Positions 51,307-64,000 of a DNA stretch of 64,000 bases are shown piece by piece (positions within the stretch are counted from its first letter, which is position 1; each line of letters starts with the position of its first letter). Source of the stretch: Hydrolagus colliei (lineage: Eukaryota). The position numbers were made by a program, and so were the translations under genes. The stretch spans positions 92,690,001 to 92,754,000 of the forward strand of contig CM068743.1 of the NCBI GenBank assembly GCA_035084275.1. The letters run 5' to 3'. The notes below the pieces were generated by a model that was not told where the DNA came from, searched no databases, and saw only the letters and a list, made by a program, of their open reading frames with translations.

Positions 51307-51650
51307 AATCCTTGCATTTGATATAAAGCATTATCACTACTTTGAGGCATCTCAAAGCTCTTCACAAGAATGTACTGTAAAATGAACTGACTGTATATTT
51401 TGTGGGCGAAACGCGGCAGTGTCCCACAAATAGTCGTGGGTTGAGTGACAAATTAATATTTATTTATTCTGAAAGGATTATTACCCCTGGAAAAGTAATC
51501 CACCAATCAACTAACAAGTGGGTTTCTACTTACTGCTAGGTAAACAGCGGTGTGTGAAATAAGGAAATTTACTCAATTTTGCTTTGCCCAGGAATCAAAC
51601 TTGCGAGTCCTCTCACTTGCGATGCGAGTGCTCCAACTACTAAGCTCCAG
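51307..51650 (-). mobile_element. tRNA-derived SINE (long form)
   Basis: Tail AATCCTTGCATTTGATATA, extra segment CTACTTACTGCTAGGTAAACAG, head at ~51650. Confidence 0.8.
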
Positions 51651-52169
51651 CCTTGCAAAAAGCACAAGGAATGTGCATGGTTAAATTGTTGCTTCACAAA
51701 GATCTAAGAGTGGATGAAAAATACAATGTTTTGCAATAGATTCAATGGGCTCATTTTCAATTTTCAATCAGTGCCTTGAGACATCCTCCCGATATGAAAG
51801 GTGCTTTGGAAATGTAATTTTGTTGTTGGATTTGTGTGAACAACAGTTGACTACAGCACAAAGGTTGAATCCAAAACCCATTTTCAAAATGTTCTGCCAT
51901 CATCTTGCTTTCCTGCTGAATAGCCCTGATTCTTGGAACCCGTATTTAATTGCTGTTTCTTTATAAAGTGGCACTGAAATGCCTCTCTGTGTGATTAAAA
52001 TTAGCAATGAGAGTCCTGAAATCTTAAATTCCAACCATTATGGCTAAATTTGTTCAAACAATAATTATTGAGAAAATTCCACATTTCTTAACCGAACCAA
52101 TGTGGTAAATGATCACACTGAATCTATTTTACAACAATTAATGACTGCTAACCTGGACCCTTGACACAT

Positions 52170-53800
52170 CCTACTAACAACCCATTGGTGGGCAGATTCT
52201 TGTATCTCCTCCTTTGTATCATATGCCTTCCTACAGTGGCTTCAGATGGAGCTGCTTTCTTGCAATTGCTTGGATTTGAATGCACTGGAAGATGGCTGGG
52301 ATTGGAAAGTAACATGCTTTTTCCAGTGAGAGCAAGATAAATTCCTTCGCATTTGGGTTGCAGTCTCACAAGACTGCAAATCACGGGTTAATAGTTGAAG
52401 TAAGATCCAGTATTTTTTAGTCTATGTTGTTAAGAGCCAGGTTCCTTCTCTTTGCACAGTATGTTGAATGACAAACGGTTCCCTCAAGAGACAAGTCCTT
52501 TTATTGTTGTTGCTCTGCCTCCAGGAGTTTATTCCTTACTATTCTTCACTTTTATCCAGGAATCTTTTTATGGTGCTTTGTAAATGTACTATCCAAAAAT
52601 ACAGTGCCTTTGTTCCCTTGTTTCACAGTTTGAAAAACCAACATCATAAAGCACTCCAGTAATCAGAATATATAGTGTGTTTTAAATTCTTGTGGTGGAG
52701 CCTTCCTCAACTGTTTTGTCACAGACACTATATTAATAAAATGGACAAAAATATAGGAACGCATTGCAGTTTTCTTTACTTTAGCTTCTAATTCATGTTA
52801 ACTTATGGGTTATTTAACCAATCTCCCTGTGTGATCAGGAGTTGAAACTTCTTGAGTACAAGCAGAAGACATTGAAATCGGTGCAATACTGCAAGTGTTT
52901 CGAAGCACTTGGAAGCAAGTTACAAAGAAAAATAGATAGCAACAGACCTGCAGGATCTACCATAAACCCAATCTGTAACTCAGGTTTCAAAGAGCTGCCA
53001 AGATGCTCGAAATTATTCCTCCTCTGAAGCTATTATTTTCTTTGTACTGTTTGTTGTTTCATCTTCCTTTTGGTTGTGGTTTTCTTCTCTGTAGCTCGAA
53101 TATGTTCGGTGCCCGTCTCCTTACTATTGTCATATTATTTATAAATGGAACCTATAACTTTGTCAGAGTTTGTTACTTTGTTTAAAGCTTTTATGATATA
53201 TGAAGCTTAAGCTCTTCCTGCCAGTAACACGCAAGGTTAATTGTCTGCGGTCCTATTGATCACTGGCAAAACCTAACTATCCTGTCAAAGGTGACAAAGG
53301 TATCTTCAAGACACTCAATTAACTTGGTTACTGATGGTTGCCTTGTGTCTTCTCTTCATTCTCTGTCCATGGTCCCTAATCTTGCAGTTTGTGTCCCTGC
53401 TCTAACAAACTATCCATTTTACATTTCCTTCCCTTTCCTTTTAAATTCCCCTTCTCTTTTTCCTGTGGCAGTCACTCGCCCATCCACTCATCAATCCAGT
53501 TTATCCAGTGCATTTGCAAAATAGGGTGCAAAGCTTGATCAATTCATCTGGTGGTTCTGCTTTGTTGTTTTTCTTTCTTGTTCTGTGTATCGTTGTTTTC
53601 CTTCTTTCAGCATCAGCCATTCAGTAAGCCTGCCACAGTTGAAGGCTCCTTTTCAGCCAAGAGATTTTCTTCTATTTCACACCAAGTTGGCTTCCTATTT
53701 ATCTTGTCAGCCACTCTCCATTCATGACTTGTTTGACTTAATTTTATTTTCTTCTCGGGTCCAGTGGTTACCAAGATTACAAGGTGCAGTCACATCACAC
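52170..53800 (-). other. Decayed A-rich ORF-like region, possible endogenous retroviral (foamy-like) env remnant
   Basis: Stop-interrupted minus-strand peptides SYRLGLW*ILQVCCYLFFFVTCFQVLR and EKACYFPIPAIFQCIQIQAIARKQLHLKPL*EGI*YKGGDTRICPPMG; resemblance judged by eye only. Confidence 0.3.
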
Positions 53801-54728
53801 TAACACAGAAATATATATTCGTGTAATTAGGACAATTAAACAGGAGGAAGAAAAAGATTTATAACAGATACATCTCATGCAAATCAATGATGTGCTATAC
53901 ATAATTCCACATTCAGCCTACTTGCAAAATGTCACTACATGTCACTGTTTATGTCAATTCATTTGATAATTCAATATTTCAGGATTATTTACTTTTGCTG
54001 CTGGTTATATGTTGCAGAATCATTGCTGCAGTTCAAATGAATTCATTCATTTCAGGGCATTTTTAAAAACTTATTTGGGAACTTAAGTGAAGCCTTTAGA
54101 CATACTCACTGCTATTGGTAAAGCTTTTCATTCGTGTCAGTATGCCTCTGTGCAGTAAGTTCACATCTGGCCATGACTTTGGAGGTGAGGTCTCGCGAGT
54201 TAGCCTGCAGTTGCCCTGCAGGAAATGCAATATATATCACAAAATGTTTTTTTTTGGCATTGAGGTGTTGGTAACATTGCTATTATAGTACTGTGCTATT
54301 ATAACAGTGAATCACGGCCATTTTCTTTCTCATGGCCGTATCACAGTCTGAAGCCACAAAGCGGGCACTAATTTTTCCTCTGAGGGTTAAGCAAGTGACT
54401 GTGCAACAATGCACTAGTGTTTTCAAGAACACAAGAGCTGGTGCAAATTTATTTCAACAATTGGGATTAAACAATTAGGCACTGGGATGACAAGAATTGA
54501 CAAGATTTCATGAACTGGTGGAACAGATTTGATGGTCTAAATGGCTTCTTCCTGTTTTCCTATGTTCACAACAATATTCTTGACAACCGGAATCGGTAGA
54601 CAGAGCATGCACGCCCTTGAATAAGATAGTATCGAAGAAAACAGAAACATGCTAATATGATTATTTGAGGCAGGTCAGATTTGGACCAGGAAGACATGAT
54701 CCAGTGAAAACAACATGTCTCTACTCAA

Positions 54729-54969
54729 AACACAAAATACTACAGATGCTGGGAATCTGAATCCAAAACAAAAGTTGCTGGGGGAAACTCAGCAGGTCAA
54801 GCAGCATCCATGGCGAAAGGAAAAAGAGTCAATGTTTCGGGTCTACAACCCTTCGTCAAAACGAGCCCCAGTTCTGACGAAGGGTTGTTGACCTGAAACG
54901 TTGACTCTGTTTCCTTTTTCCATGGATGCTGCTTGACCTACTGAGGTTCCCCAGCAACTTTTGTTTTTG
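54729..54969. mobile_element. Penelope-like fold-back element with minimal hammerhead ribozyme core
   Basis: ~100-bp inverted arms (54764-54862 / 54871-54969); CTGACGA-AGGGTTGTTGACCT-GAAACGTT at 54874-54902; flanking 14-bp direct repeats ATGTCTCTACTCAA / ATGTCTCTAGTCAA. Confidence 0.72.
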
Positions 54970-55808
54970 ATGTCTCTAGTCAATTCAGGATATCAAGCAA
55001 AACGGCACAAGAAAGCTGAAGGAGAAGGCTCTTTGGCCACTTTGACTGTTATTTTAATGGGTTGCACAACTGATACATTCAGTGGAAATACACTTCTAAC
55101 TTTCCTGGGATGCTCTAAATGAAATGCACAGTATCAGTCCATTTAGTCTTTTGAAAGCCACAATATAAACACATTGAATTCAGTATCAGAGCTGAAATGA
55201 GCTTCTTATACAAGTCATTAAAAATCCATAAGTTTTAAGTAGGGCTATTCCTGGGTGGACTTGTGCAACTTGGGTTGAACAATTCCACACTGTAAAATCC
55301 CTTGTTCCTTAATAGATCACGTAGGTAATTAAATTACATCAAACAAAGCCCTGTTGTGAACTCTAACATGCCCATTTGTTAATGAGAACATTTAATACTT
55401 CATTAATAGTCTTTTGATCCTCACTAACAGTGGTGTTATGATTCCTGAAGTGGAGTAGTCCAGTTTTATTGTATTGGTGACGCAGTCGGTTTAATGATCC
55501 ATCCACAAGCTCGTGCTCAGGGATTCATTGCCTCCTGTGACTCAAGGAAAATTCAAACACATCAATCACTAAAAATTCAGGCTCACGCTTCTCTTTCCAA
55601 ATTTGTGTTAAACCCACTCGCCGAGGGTTAAGCAAGCAAGAGTCCCCACTCTATATTACGTTTTCACTGCCAAAGTTTATATTGTGGTGATGAGCTGTGG
55701 GAGATGAGATGGTGTGATTTGAGAGATCATAAGAAAGACCACTTATGTGCTATTATTAGTGCTACTGGTGCGATATGGATCATATCCTGCAGTTCTTTGT
55801 CACAATAT

Positions 55809-56031
55809 AATAATAATAATCCTTGCATTTTATATAGCGCTTTTCAAGTCAACTAGACGTCTAAAAGCTCATCACAGAATATACTGTAAAGTGAATTAAC
55901 TGTACATTTGAGGGTGAAATGTGGCAGTCAATTGCACACAGCAGTGTCCCACAAACAGTCGTGGATTGAAATGACTAATTTATTATAGGTTTTTTTTCTT
56001 GCAGCAATGTTATTAGGCATGTGGAGTAAGG
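55809..56031 (-). mobile_element. tRNA-derived SINE, 5'-truncated
   Basis: (TAA)n tail and Deu-like core; head missing. Confidence 0.8.
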
Positions 56032-56465
56032 ATCTATTTGGCCAATAGATCTATACTGGAGTTCGCTCCTCCAATGAAGCTGTATCCTTTAATTTCACTC
56101 TCTGCTCTTTCCTTGTTTCTGATTTAACTTATAATTTTAAATACAACACATAACAATTTACATTTATGTAGCCCCTATCACGTTTGGAGGCCTCCCAAAG
56201 CACATTCACAGGGCACCTGAGCTGGGAGTGGGAGTTGAGGGGGTTGGGGATGAGGGGAAAGATGACCAAAAGTGCGGGCAAAGAGGTACATTTTGAGATG
56301 GATCTTCAAAGAATGAGAATGTGAAGACTAGATTGATCCACAATAGTAGAATAGCTTTAAGCTTGGTGATTGAATCATTTTGTCTCTTTCGGTGCTATCA
56401 GTTCTCACTCTGATACTATCTCAAAGCAATACAGAAAATATTTATTGAGATGAAATGATAATATA

Positions 56466-56845
56466 ATAATCCTTGCATTTGATATAGAGTCTAATCACAT
56501 CTTCCAGCCACCTCAAAGCACTTCACAAAATATACTGGAAAGTGAATTGACTGCATATTCTGTGGACAAAACATGGCAGGTAATTGAGCACAGCAGTGTC
56601 CCACAAACAGACTTGGATTGAGTGATTAAATAATAATAATTTTTTTTAATTGTTCTCTTTAAGGGGTTATTACCCACTGGAAAAGGAATCCGCCAATTGA
56701 CTAAAAACTGGACTCCTACTTACTGCTAGGTAAACAAAAGCATGAGGAGTAAGGAAATTTGTCTAACGTTTCACCCCACCCAGGAATCTAAACAAGGCCC
56801 TCTTGCTGCAAGGCGAGTGCTCTAACTACTAAGATGCAGGACCGC
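56466..56845 (-). mobile_element. tRNA-derived SINE (long form)
   Basis: Tail, extra segment CCTACTTACTGCTAGGTAAACA and head all present. Confidence 0.82.
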
Positions 56846-57489
56846 AGGACTTCATGATACTTACACATGCAATGCTATTCACAGGATCAGTATTGACTGC
56901 AAAAGAAGGATTGATTTATGATCATTCTAGGGCAGGGTTGGATAATTCACTAGTACTTTGTACAATCTTTGACAAGGCTTTGGCATGCTCTGGTAATACT
57001 TCAATAGATGGTTCAACTGAAGGAGAAGCCTGCTGTGCTGACATAAGATTTATGCCTTTCAAAGTATCCTAGAGAAGCCATTTCTTAGTTTTATTGATGT
57101 CAGCTATAAATCCTTTACATGCATTCAAACCATATTAGTACAAACTCATTGGGGAGCGTAAAGTAGTTCTTAAGGCACCTTTATTGAAGATTGAACTCCT
57201 TTACTAACGTTCTGCTGATGTGCAGGGAACCATTTTATTAATCAAGGTTGCTGGACCTGTTTCAGCAGAATAGTGGCATTTTAGTTGCAGCAAAAGGTTG
57301 TTATTGTGGGAGAGTTCCAGAGAGTGCGGCCGAATGGCTGAAGGCTTGCTCAGTGATGGTGCAGCAGATTAGACAGGGGACATGAGCAGTCTGGTGTTTG
57401 CTGACTGGTGGAAGGGAAAACCAATGGAGTTGAGTGATGGACTTGTGGACATGTGAGAGGACACCTGTGTTTTTCAAATATTTAAAAAT

Positions 57490-57812
57490 AGAGTCCTTTA
57501 GCTCAGTGGATAGAGCACTTGCCTTATAGGCGTGAGACCTGTGTTCGAATCCAGGCAAGTCAGGATGAAACCTTGGGCAAGTTTCCTTACTCCACACGCC
57601 TAATAATAATCCCTCCAAAAAAAACAATAATAAAATTGGTAATTTCAAACCACGATTGTTTGTGGTTCACTTCCATGCACAATTGGCTGCCATGTTTCAC
57701 CCACAAATACAGTCAATTCACTTTACAGTACATTCTGTGAAGCCCTTTGATATGTCTAGAAGATGTGAAAAGTACTATATCAAATGCAAGGATTATTATT
57801 ATCATTATTATT
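57490..57812 (+). mobile_element. Young tRNA-derived SINE (short form)
   Basis: GAGTCCTTTAGCTCAGTGG, GTTCGAATCC, (TTA)n tail. Confidence 0.88.
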
Positions 57813-60707
57813 AAAAGGTAGGCACCCTGGCAGGTGTCTCTGTAGGTCCAACTGTCCTGGCAATTCTAAAAGTTTTGTTGGAATATTATAATAATAAATA
57901 TAAAAGTTTCTTTGGGAATATTATATCTTTTGCCACCAATTATTGCTGCTGGAGATTTTATTAATTATTTACAAAGAGAATTGGATAGACGTTTGAAGCG
58001 GAGAAATATTAATACTAATCCTTGCTTTTAGCCTTATTGCTGGAAACATCCTGAGACATTTCAAAGATTTCTGTAAGTGTAGTGACTGTGTGTAAGTAAA
58101 CTAATGAATTACAATAGATGTCTTATGATTTGAGTCATGTATCTCAAAAATCTATATACTTGCCATTCTTCATGTGTTACCTTTTACTTTGAGATGTGCT
58201 GAATTGTTGTTGTGTGTTAAATTGTCAGCACTTTTACAAACCATGCATGAGGCAACTTTATTGTTCGCGCTCGGTCACTGAAACAAATACATTCGGATTC
58301 AAAAGATTGCAACAAAGAGAGCAACTCTAGGGCAAGTTTGAGAGAATAAAGCAACATTGGCCCAAAGCTGGGATTTGAACCTAATTGTGCATTTAATACC
58401 ATGGGTTGTGCAGCAGAACTGTGATGCTATACTCCTGAATTTTATTTTATTTTCAAAAACTGAAGAAAATAGCCATTGTAGCTCAGTGGTTAGAGCACTC
58501 GACTTACAAGTGAGAGAACTGGGTTCAATTCCAGGCCAGGGCGAAACTTTGGGCAGGTTTACTTCCTCCTCATGCCTGATAATAATCCCTCAACCAAAAA
58601 AAATAATAAATTGGTTAGGTCAACAAAAACAACAAAATCACATTTATAAAGTGCCTTTCACGTCAGGAGGATGTCCTAATGCAATTTCAATCCAGATGTG
58701 AAAGGTGATATACATATGTAATTTTGTTGTTGTATGGGACCTTTATATATCTACCTGAACAGTCGACAGGGCCTCAGTTTAGTGTCTCATCTGAATAATG
58801 GCACCTCCAACAATGCAGAACATGCCCAGCACTGCATTGACATATCGACTTAGACAAAATGAGTTCCAAGACTCAATGTGGACTTGAAGTTACATCCTTC
58901 AGACTCGGAGGCGAGAATGCAACCAACTGAGCCAGGCTGAACACACGTTGGGGCTGTTATCGATTGCATTATAAGGTAACCATAGCACTACATACAACCC
59001 ACAGTCAGTAGTAAAAGAAAATAAAGGCTTAGAGTTGCAAAGTGAACTTTTAATACGGGAGGAAGTATTTCTTTACGCAGGGATATTAATGACTGGAGCA
59101 GTTTATCAGGAAGTGGTAGAATATGGTAGAATGATGGATTGTTTTTTTTAAAAAAAGCTTAGTTTTATGAGTGGAAGATGGTAAGGTGCACATTCTGGAG
59201 TCAGCCTGGCTTAGCTTGTAGCTCACTCGCCTCAAATCAGAAGGTTGTGGGTTCAAGCTCCATGTTGGGACTCTGAGATTATAGTCTAGGCTGGCATATC
59301 AATGCCATGCTGGAGGAATACTCCACTGTCAGAAGTTTGCTCCTCAGAAAATACATTAAACCAAGGTCTTTTCAGGTGGATGTCATGCATACCCTAGCAC
59401 TGTTTGAAATGAGTAGGACGTTTCTCCCTATACCTGGGAAACAATCCCTCAGTCAAATTGATTATTCACTTCGTAACATTTTGTGGGACATTGTTATGTG
59501 CTATCTTTTGTCTCCGAGTGAGATTTGGGCCACTTGGGCAATACATTGAAGGCAATTATCTTTATTTACTACCAAGCACTAACACAAGATGTACCACTTT
59601 TTGGAGAATTAGTTTACTGCTGCCAGTAAGTTAAATCAATCAGGGGCAGATTGGATGTAATCATGCAAATTAAACCGCTTAACAAAGCAAAGTAAGCCAC
59701 ATGGATTTTGGTAATGACTCACTTTTTATTTTCACCAGTACGGAGAAATAAAAATGATCCCATTGAAGTCTAAGCTATGCTTCATTTATTAAAATAACAC
59801 CAGCAGTTATGATATCAAAAAGGATGAGATTAGGCAAAGTTGGTATTAAACTGCTTGACTAAATCACATAAGAAAAATTAAATTTCCCAAATCAGATAGA
59901 TTGGGTTAAAAACGCACTTAAATAGGTGGCAGATCTTAGTCCTGCAAATGTATTCTCTATTCATTCTGGAGGATGGCCTTCTTCCTGACATCCGCTGATC
60001 TGATACCAAGTTTGTGTGGTTAAATGACTATAAAGAAGATAGTATACGGAAAGATCTGGACCAATTATGCAGATGCGGTAAAGAATGGCTTATGGATTTT
60101 AATGCAGCTAAATATATTTGATGTACAGTAGTATTTTTCAAGTCTTCTAGACGTCTGAAAGCTCTTCACAAAATATTCTGTAAAGTGAATTGACTAAATA
60201 TATATATATGTGGGCAAATGCATATTGCTTACCAACAATCCCCTGAAATGAAATTAGTCATTCAGGCCATTGGTCATTTGTATACAAATTGGCTGCTACA
60301 CGCACACGCAAAGTTCGCACAATAAGCATCATTTTACAGCTTGTCCTATGCAGCACTTTGCGACTTCTTGAAGCCATGATATATTAAATGCAAGGATTAT
60401 TAGAGTGGTAAACTATAAATATGTATCAAATGCAAGGATTATCATTATACAATAAAATAAATCCCATGAATGGAGTAGGAAGCAGAAAAAGATATGTGGC
60501 CTATTATGTCTCCTCTTAGCATTAAGAGGAGATATAATGCCTTGAACTTTAAGATTGCCTTGAACTTTAAGATTGTTGGAACATTTTAAATTCAGTCTGG
60601 CAAGTAGTTATTTTCAACCAGAAGTAGAATGTTTGCATGTCTGGTTATTACAATTGATTGGTACTTTATAAAGTAAATCAGTTACCAACATTTATATCTT
60701 GAGACAA

Positions 60708-61083
60708 TGTGTAGTTTAGTGGTTGGAGCACTCACCTTGCAAGTGAGAGGACTTGGGTTTGATTCCTGGACAGGGCAAAATGTTGGGCAAGTTTCCTTCC
60801 TCCACACACCTTCATTCACCTAGCAGTAGGCAAGAACCTGGTTGTTATTTGATTAACAGAATGCTTTCTGTGGTTAATAATCCCTTCAAAAAACAAAATA
60901 GATAAATAAGAATTTGGTCACTCAATCCATGACATTTTGTGTGACACTGCTGTGCGCAATTGGCTGCCGTGTTCCACACACAAATATACAGTCAATTCAT
61001 TCTATAGTATATTTTATGAAGCACACTGAGACATCTTGAAGGCATGATAAGGTGCTGTATCAAATGCAAGGATTATTATTATT
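60708..61083 (+). mobile_element. tRNA-derived SINE (long form)
   Basis: Head, extra segment CATTCACCTAGCAGTAGG, Deu-like core, (TTA)n tail. Confidence 0.85.
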
Positions 61084-62139
61084 TGACTCACTGTAAGAAG
61101 AAAGAATTTTGAAACTACTGTACTGAAATTAACCCCATTTCATAACTCATTGATCAGTTTTCAATTCAGCAATAGAGTATTTATTACAGGCACTAGAACA
61201 GACACGATGGATTGAATAATCTTCTTTGCTGTAAATTTCTATGGTAAACATTTATTACCCACTCAAAATCATCCTTCACCCCCTCTACTACAGATTGGGA
61301 CTACATACTTTTTCTCTTTTCAATTCTATCCAAATTGAATCACATCATCTTTGTTTTTAATATTGCACACTTTTTTTCTGGTTGCTAGAACTGCCTTATA
61401 AATTTTTACTTTTAAGATTAATTTCAGGGCACTGTCTGGTTGATTGATTAAATATTTTCTTGATTCTATTTTAAAAACAGGTTTAAGAATCATGTTTTAT
61501 GTAGTGGGAGATAATTGAGAAACAGAATGCATTTAGAAACACTACAATTTTTACCCTGTAGTTTCTCTTTCTGCAGGGAAGCCATAAAGCTAATTTACCT
61601 TCTCACTCCTTACTTCCATATATGCATTACTGTATTTATAATATTCAAATATTTGGCACTTTTGATAGTTTGCAAATGCTTGAAAATTTAAAAACTCCTT
61701 GCACTTGTATCATAGTCATTCTTAATGTGTTGCAGTATCCTCCTTGGGGGAGAGGTATGTGGGGTAGATGTATGTGGAGCTGAGCTGACTCCAAGGTGCG
61801 TACTTGACAATGAATGTTGAAATCAAGCAACCCTCTTGGACGGTCCCAGTAGTCCTGTTCCCGAACCAGAATTTTGTGTTTTTTGGAAGATATATATTTA
61901 TTTATAAATATGTTTGATACAACTCAAATTCAAATCAAATACAAAGTACAATATTTTTCAATTTTCCTTTTCTTCCGATAAAATAAAACCAATCTGTTGT
62001 TTATGGTACATTTCCTAACCGTATAAAGGCTATGCACACATTTTGGGGGGGAATGCTCCCTTAAAACCGCTGTATGCACTATATCCATGTGTGCGCCTGC
62101 AAATACCCTGATAAAGTACTTGTTGCTTTCGCAAGGCAT

Positions 62140-62448
62140 GGAGTCCTGTGGCTTAATGATTAGAGGACTCACCTTGCAAGCAAGAGATCTGGGTTCGATT
62201 CCAGGCAGTGTGAAACCATGGGCAAGTTTCCTTACTCCACATGCCTGGCAATGATCCCTCCAAAAAAAACACTCAATAAATTGGTCATATCAATCCACGA
62301 TTGTTTGTGGGCTCTGCTGTGCTCAATTAGCTGCTGCGTTTCGCCCCAAATACACAGTCAATTCACTTTACGGTATATTCTGTGAAATGCTTTCAGATGT
62401 CCCGAAGATGTGGAAAGCATTATATCAAATGCAAGAATTATTATTATT
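62140..62448 (+). mobile_element. Young tRNA-derived SINE (short form)
   Basis: GGAGTCCTGTGGCTTAATG head, GGTTCGATTCC B box, (TTA)n tail. Confidence 0.88.
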
Positions 62449-63239
62449 AAAAGCCCCTTCACGTCCTAGCACCTTTATAACTGTAAACTCTACCCCATGC
62501 TTCCGCTCCCCACCTCCCTGCCCCCATGCAATTGGTTGACCAGCGACCGACTACTGAGCGTCCTCACCCATCTGCACCACCAGTGGTGGCCGAGCTTTCA
62601 GCAACTGCATTCAGAACCGCTTGTTTGTCCCTTCCTCTCTCTACCTGTCTTTAAATCCTAACTAAACTCTTACCTCGTTGGAAATCCTGTGTTCATCTCC
62701 CTTTTTGCTCCGTGTTTGCTGCCCAACTTTTATCCCTGTGAAGCATTCCAGGATATTATACAATACACAATTACATTTGTATAGTGCCTTTCACGTCAGA
62801 AGGTGACCCACATGAAGGGTGCTGTCTGAGTTATTAATTCATTCTCCAGTGAAAGAAACATTGATTTCTTTCTAAAAGCTTGTTTTCGACATTAAAATTT
62901 GAGTTACTGTTCCCTAAGAAAATGATTTTTTGAGACCTGAGTGACTGGAGAATAATAAAAGGGCCACAGATCTGAGAAATAGCAAATCATACAATATCTT
63001 AATGTGCAAAACCATAAAAAGTAACAACCGAGTGGTTGGTAAATTCACGACAGACACATTGGTGAACGATAAACAATGTCAGCTGAAATCCCCTGTAAGT
63101 TTCCTGGCTTTCAAATCATTTTAGTAACATTTCGTGGTAGTGAGATGACAACACTGAATCTGAAGCTTCTGTTCCTGAATGTTTCAGGAAATCATTGTTT
63201 ATTTTGCTTCTACCTCTAGTGTTTAATAATGGGAGTGGC

Positions 63240-63276
63240 GGTAAGGGTAAGGGTAAGGGTAAGGGTAAGGGTAGGG
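63240..63276 (+). repeat. (GGGTAA)n hexamer repeat
   Basis: About five and a half copies; direct reading. Confidence 0.9.
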
Positions 63277-63364
63277 AGAGTGGGACGGGGGTGGGAGGCA
63301 GTCACACTGTCATTCTCACTCATGACACTTGTTTGGACCTGCTATTATTTCTAAGATGTGTATT

Positions 63365-63570
63365 GTGTATGTCAGTCCCCCACAAGAATTCATTGAATGC
63401 CCTTGATACCTCTTTGAAACGCCTGGCCAGCCTCCGCAATGGAATCAAGCCCAGGATATAGTTTATTTTTGGAACAACCATCATTTTCATAGTCTCAGCA
63501 GCTGCACCCCAGAGCAATATCTGAATACTCCTCCATCTGTCCAGGCTATAGCTGATTTGATTTTTTTAAA
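63365..63570 (-). mobile_element. L1-clade LINE ORF2 fragment
   Basis: DRWRSIQILLWGAAAETMKMMVVPKINYILGLIPL...FKEVSRAFNEFLW resembles the L1 post-RT block (W..L.L.GR..VKM.ILPK..Y....P....FK.......F.W). Confidence 0.65.
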
Positions 63571-64000
63571 CTGAGTCACAAATGATTTGCAATTTCTGAC
63601 TCAGCATCATTACCAGTACTGCTCTTTTATTTTTGAGTATCATCTATTTCCTCGGTGACCACTCAATAGTGAGTGATCTAACATGAACATTTGTACAGAA
63701 CATCCAAATTGGTGATATGACATGTCTCTGTTAGCTGTCTGAGTGCATTATGTTTGAAATAGTTTTCTCCTCTTCAAGACGAATGTTCATCTTTTTTACT
63801 TCCGAGTACTGAGGGCCAAAATGTATTTTTTATAAGAATAGTTCCTAGGTAAGTTCCGTCAGCAAAGTCACTCGTTCAAAATATTCTTCCAAGTCTATCA
63901 CTTTGATAATGTGAGCTAAGCCCCAGTGTACCATCCTTGTTAGCACACAGCAAAGCACTGTTTCATTTTTTGTTACTTCTCGAACTGGGACCACTTTACC

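Noticed and set aside
53095-53140. RRRAPN on the minus strand resembling a Penelope linker motif
   Set aside because: No RT upstream or GIY-YIG downstream could be read; too short to support.
60538-60573. 18-bp direct tandem duplication
   Set aside because: Ordinary slippage with no sign of function.
61960-62130. MHTFWGEC resembling the L1 C-terminal cysteine-rich motif
   Set aside because: A single short motif in heavily decayed sequence; insufficient to call.
6700-64000. Remaining 60-180 aa ORFs in the track
   Set aside because: They overlap SINE/LINE sequence or look random, with no coherent exon chain; no COL22A1-type Gly-X-Y or other recognisable exons were seen.

Overview
Vertebrate genomic DNA, most likely a cartilaginous fish such as a chimaera (inferred from the DeuSINE/SacSINE-like, L2 and CR1 repeat content). 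The only intact coding sequence is the last coding exon of the two-pore K+ channel KCNK9/TASK-3 (+, 4512-5353) with its 3'UTR. Upstream, in the presumed KCNK9 intron, is an antisense, intronless, disrupted copy of NFKBIE (IkB-epsilon) with a perfect NF-kB site at its 5' end. The remaining ~57 kb is gene-poor and full of nested elements: young tRNA-derived SINEs, older DeuSINEs, L2 fragments, a young CR1, an L1 scrap, four MITEs (hAT and Tigger-like) and a probable solo LTR. The most unusual items are fold-back Penelope-like elements carrying a minimal hammerhead ribozyme core, a decayed ORF that may be a foamy-virus-like env remnant, and a near-consensus CTCF site. No CRISPR or prokaryotic system is present, and no wholly new system could be established. 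Family assignments are by eye from remembered consensus sequences; no searches were run, and old-repeat boundaries are approximate.
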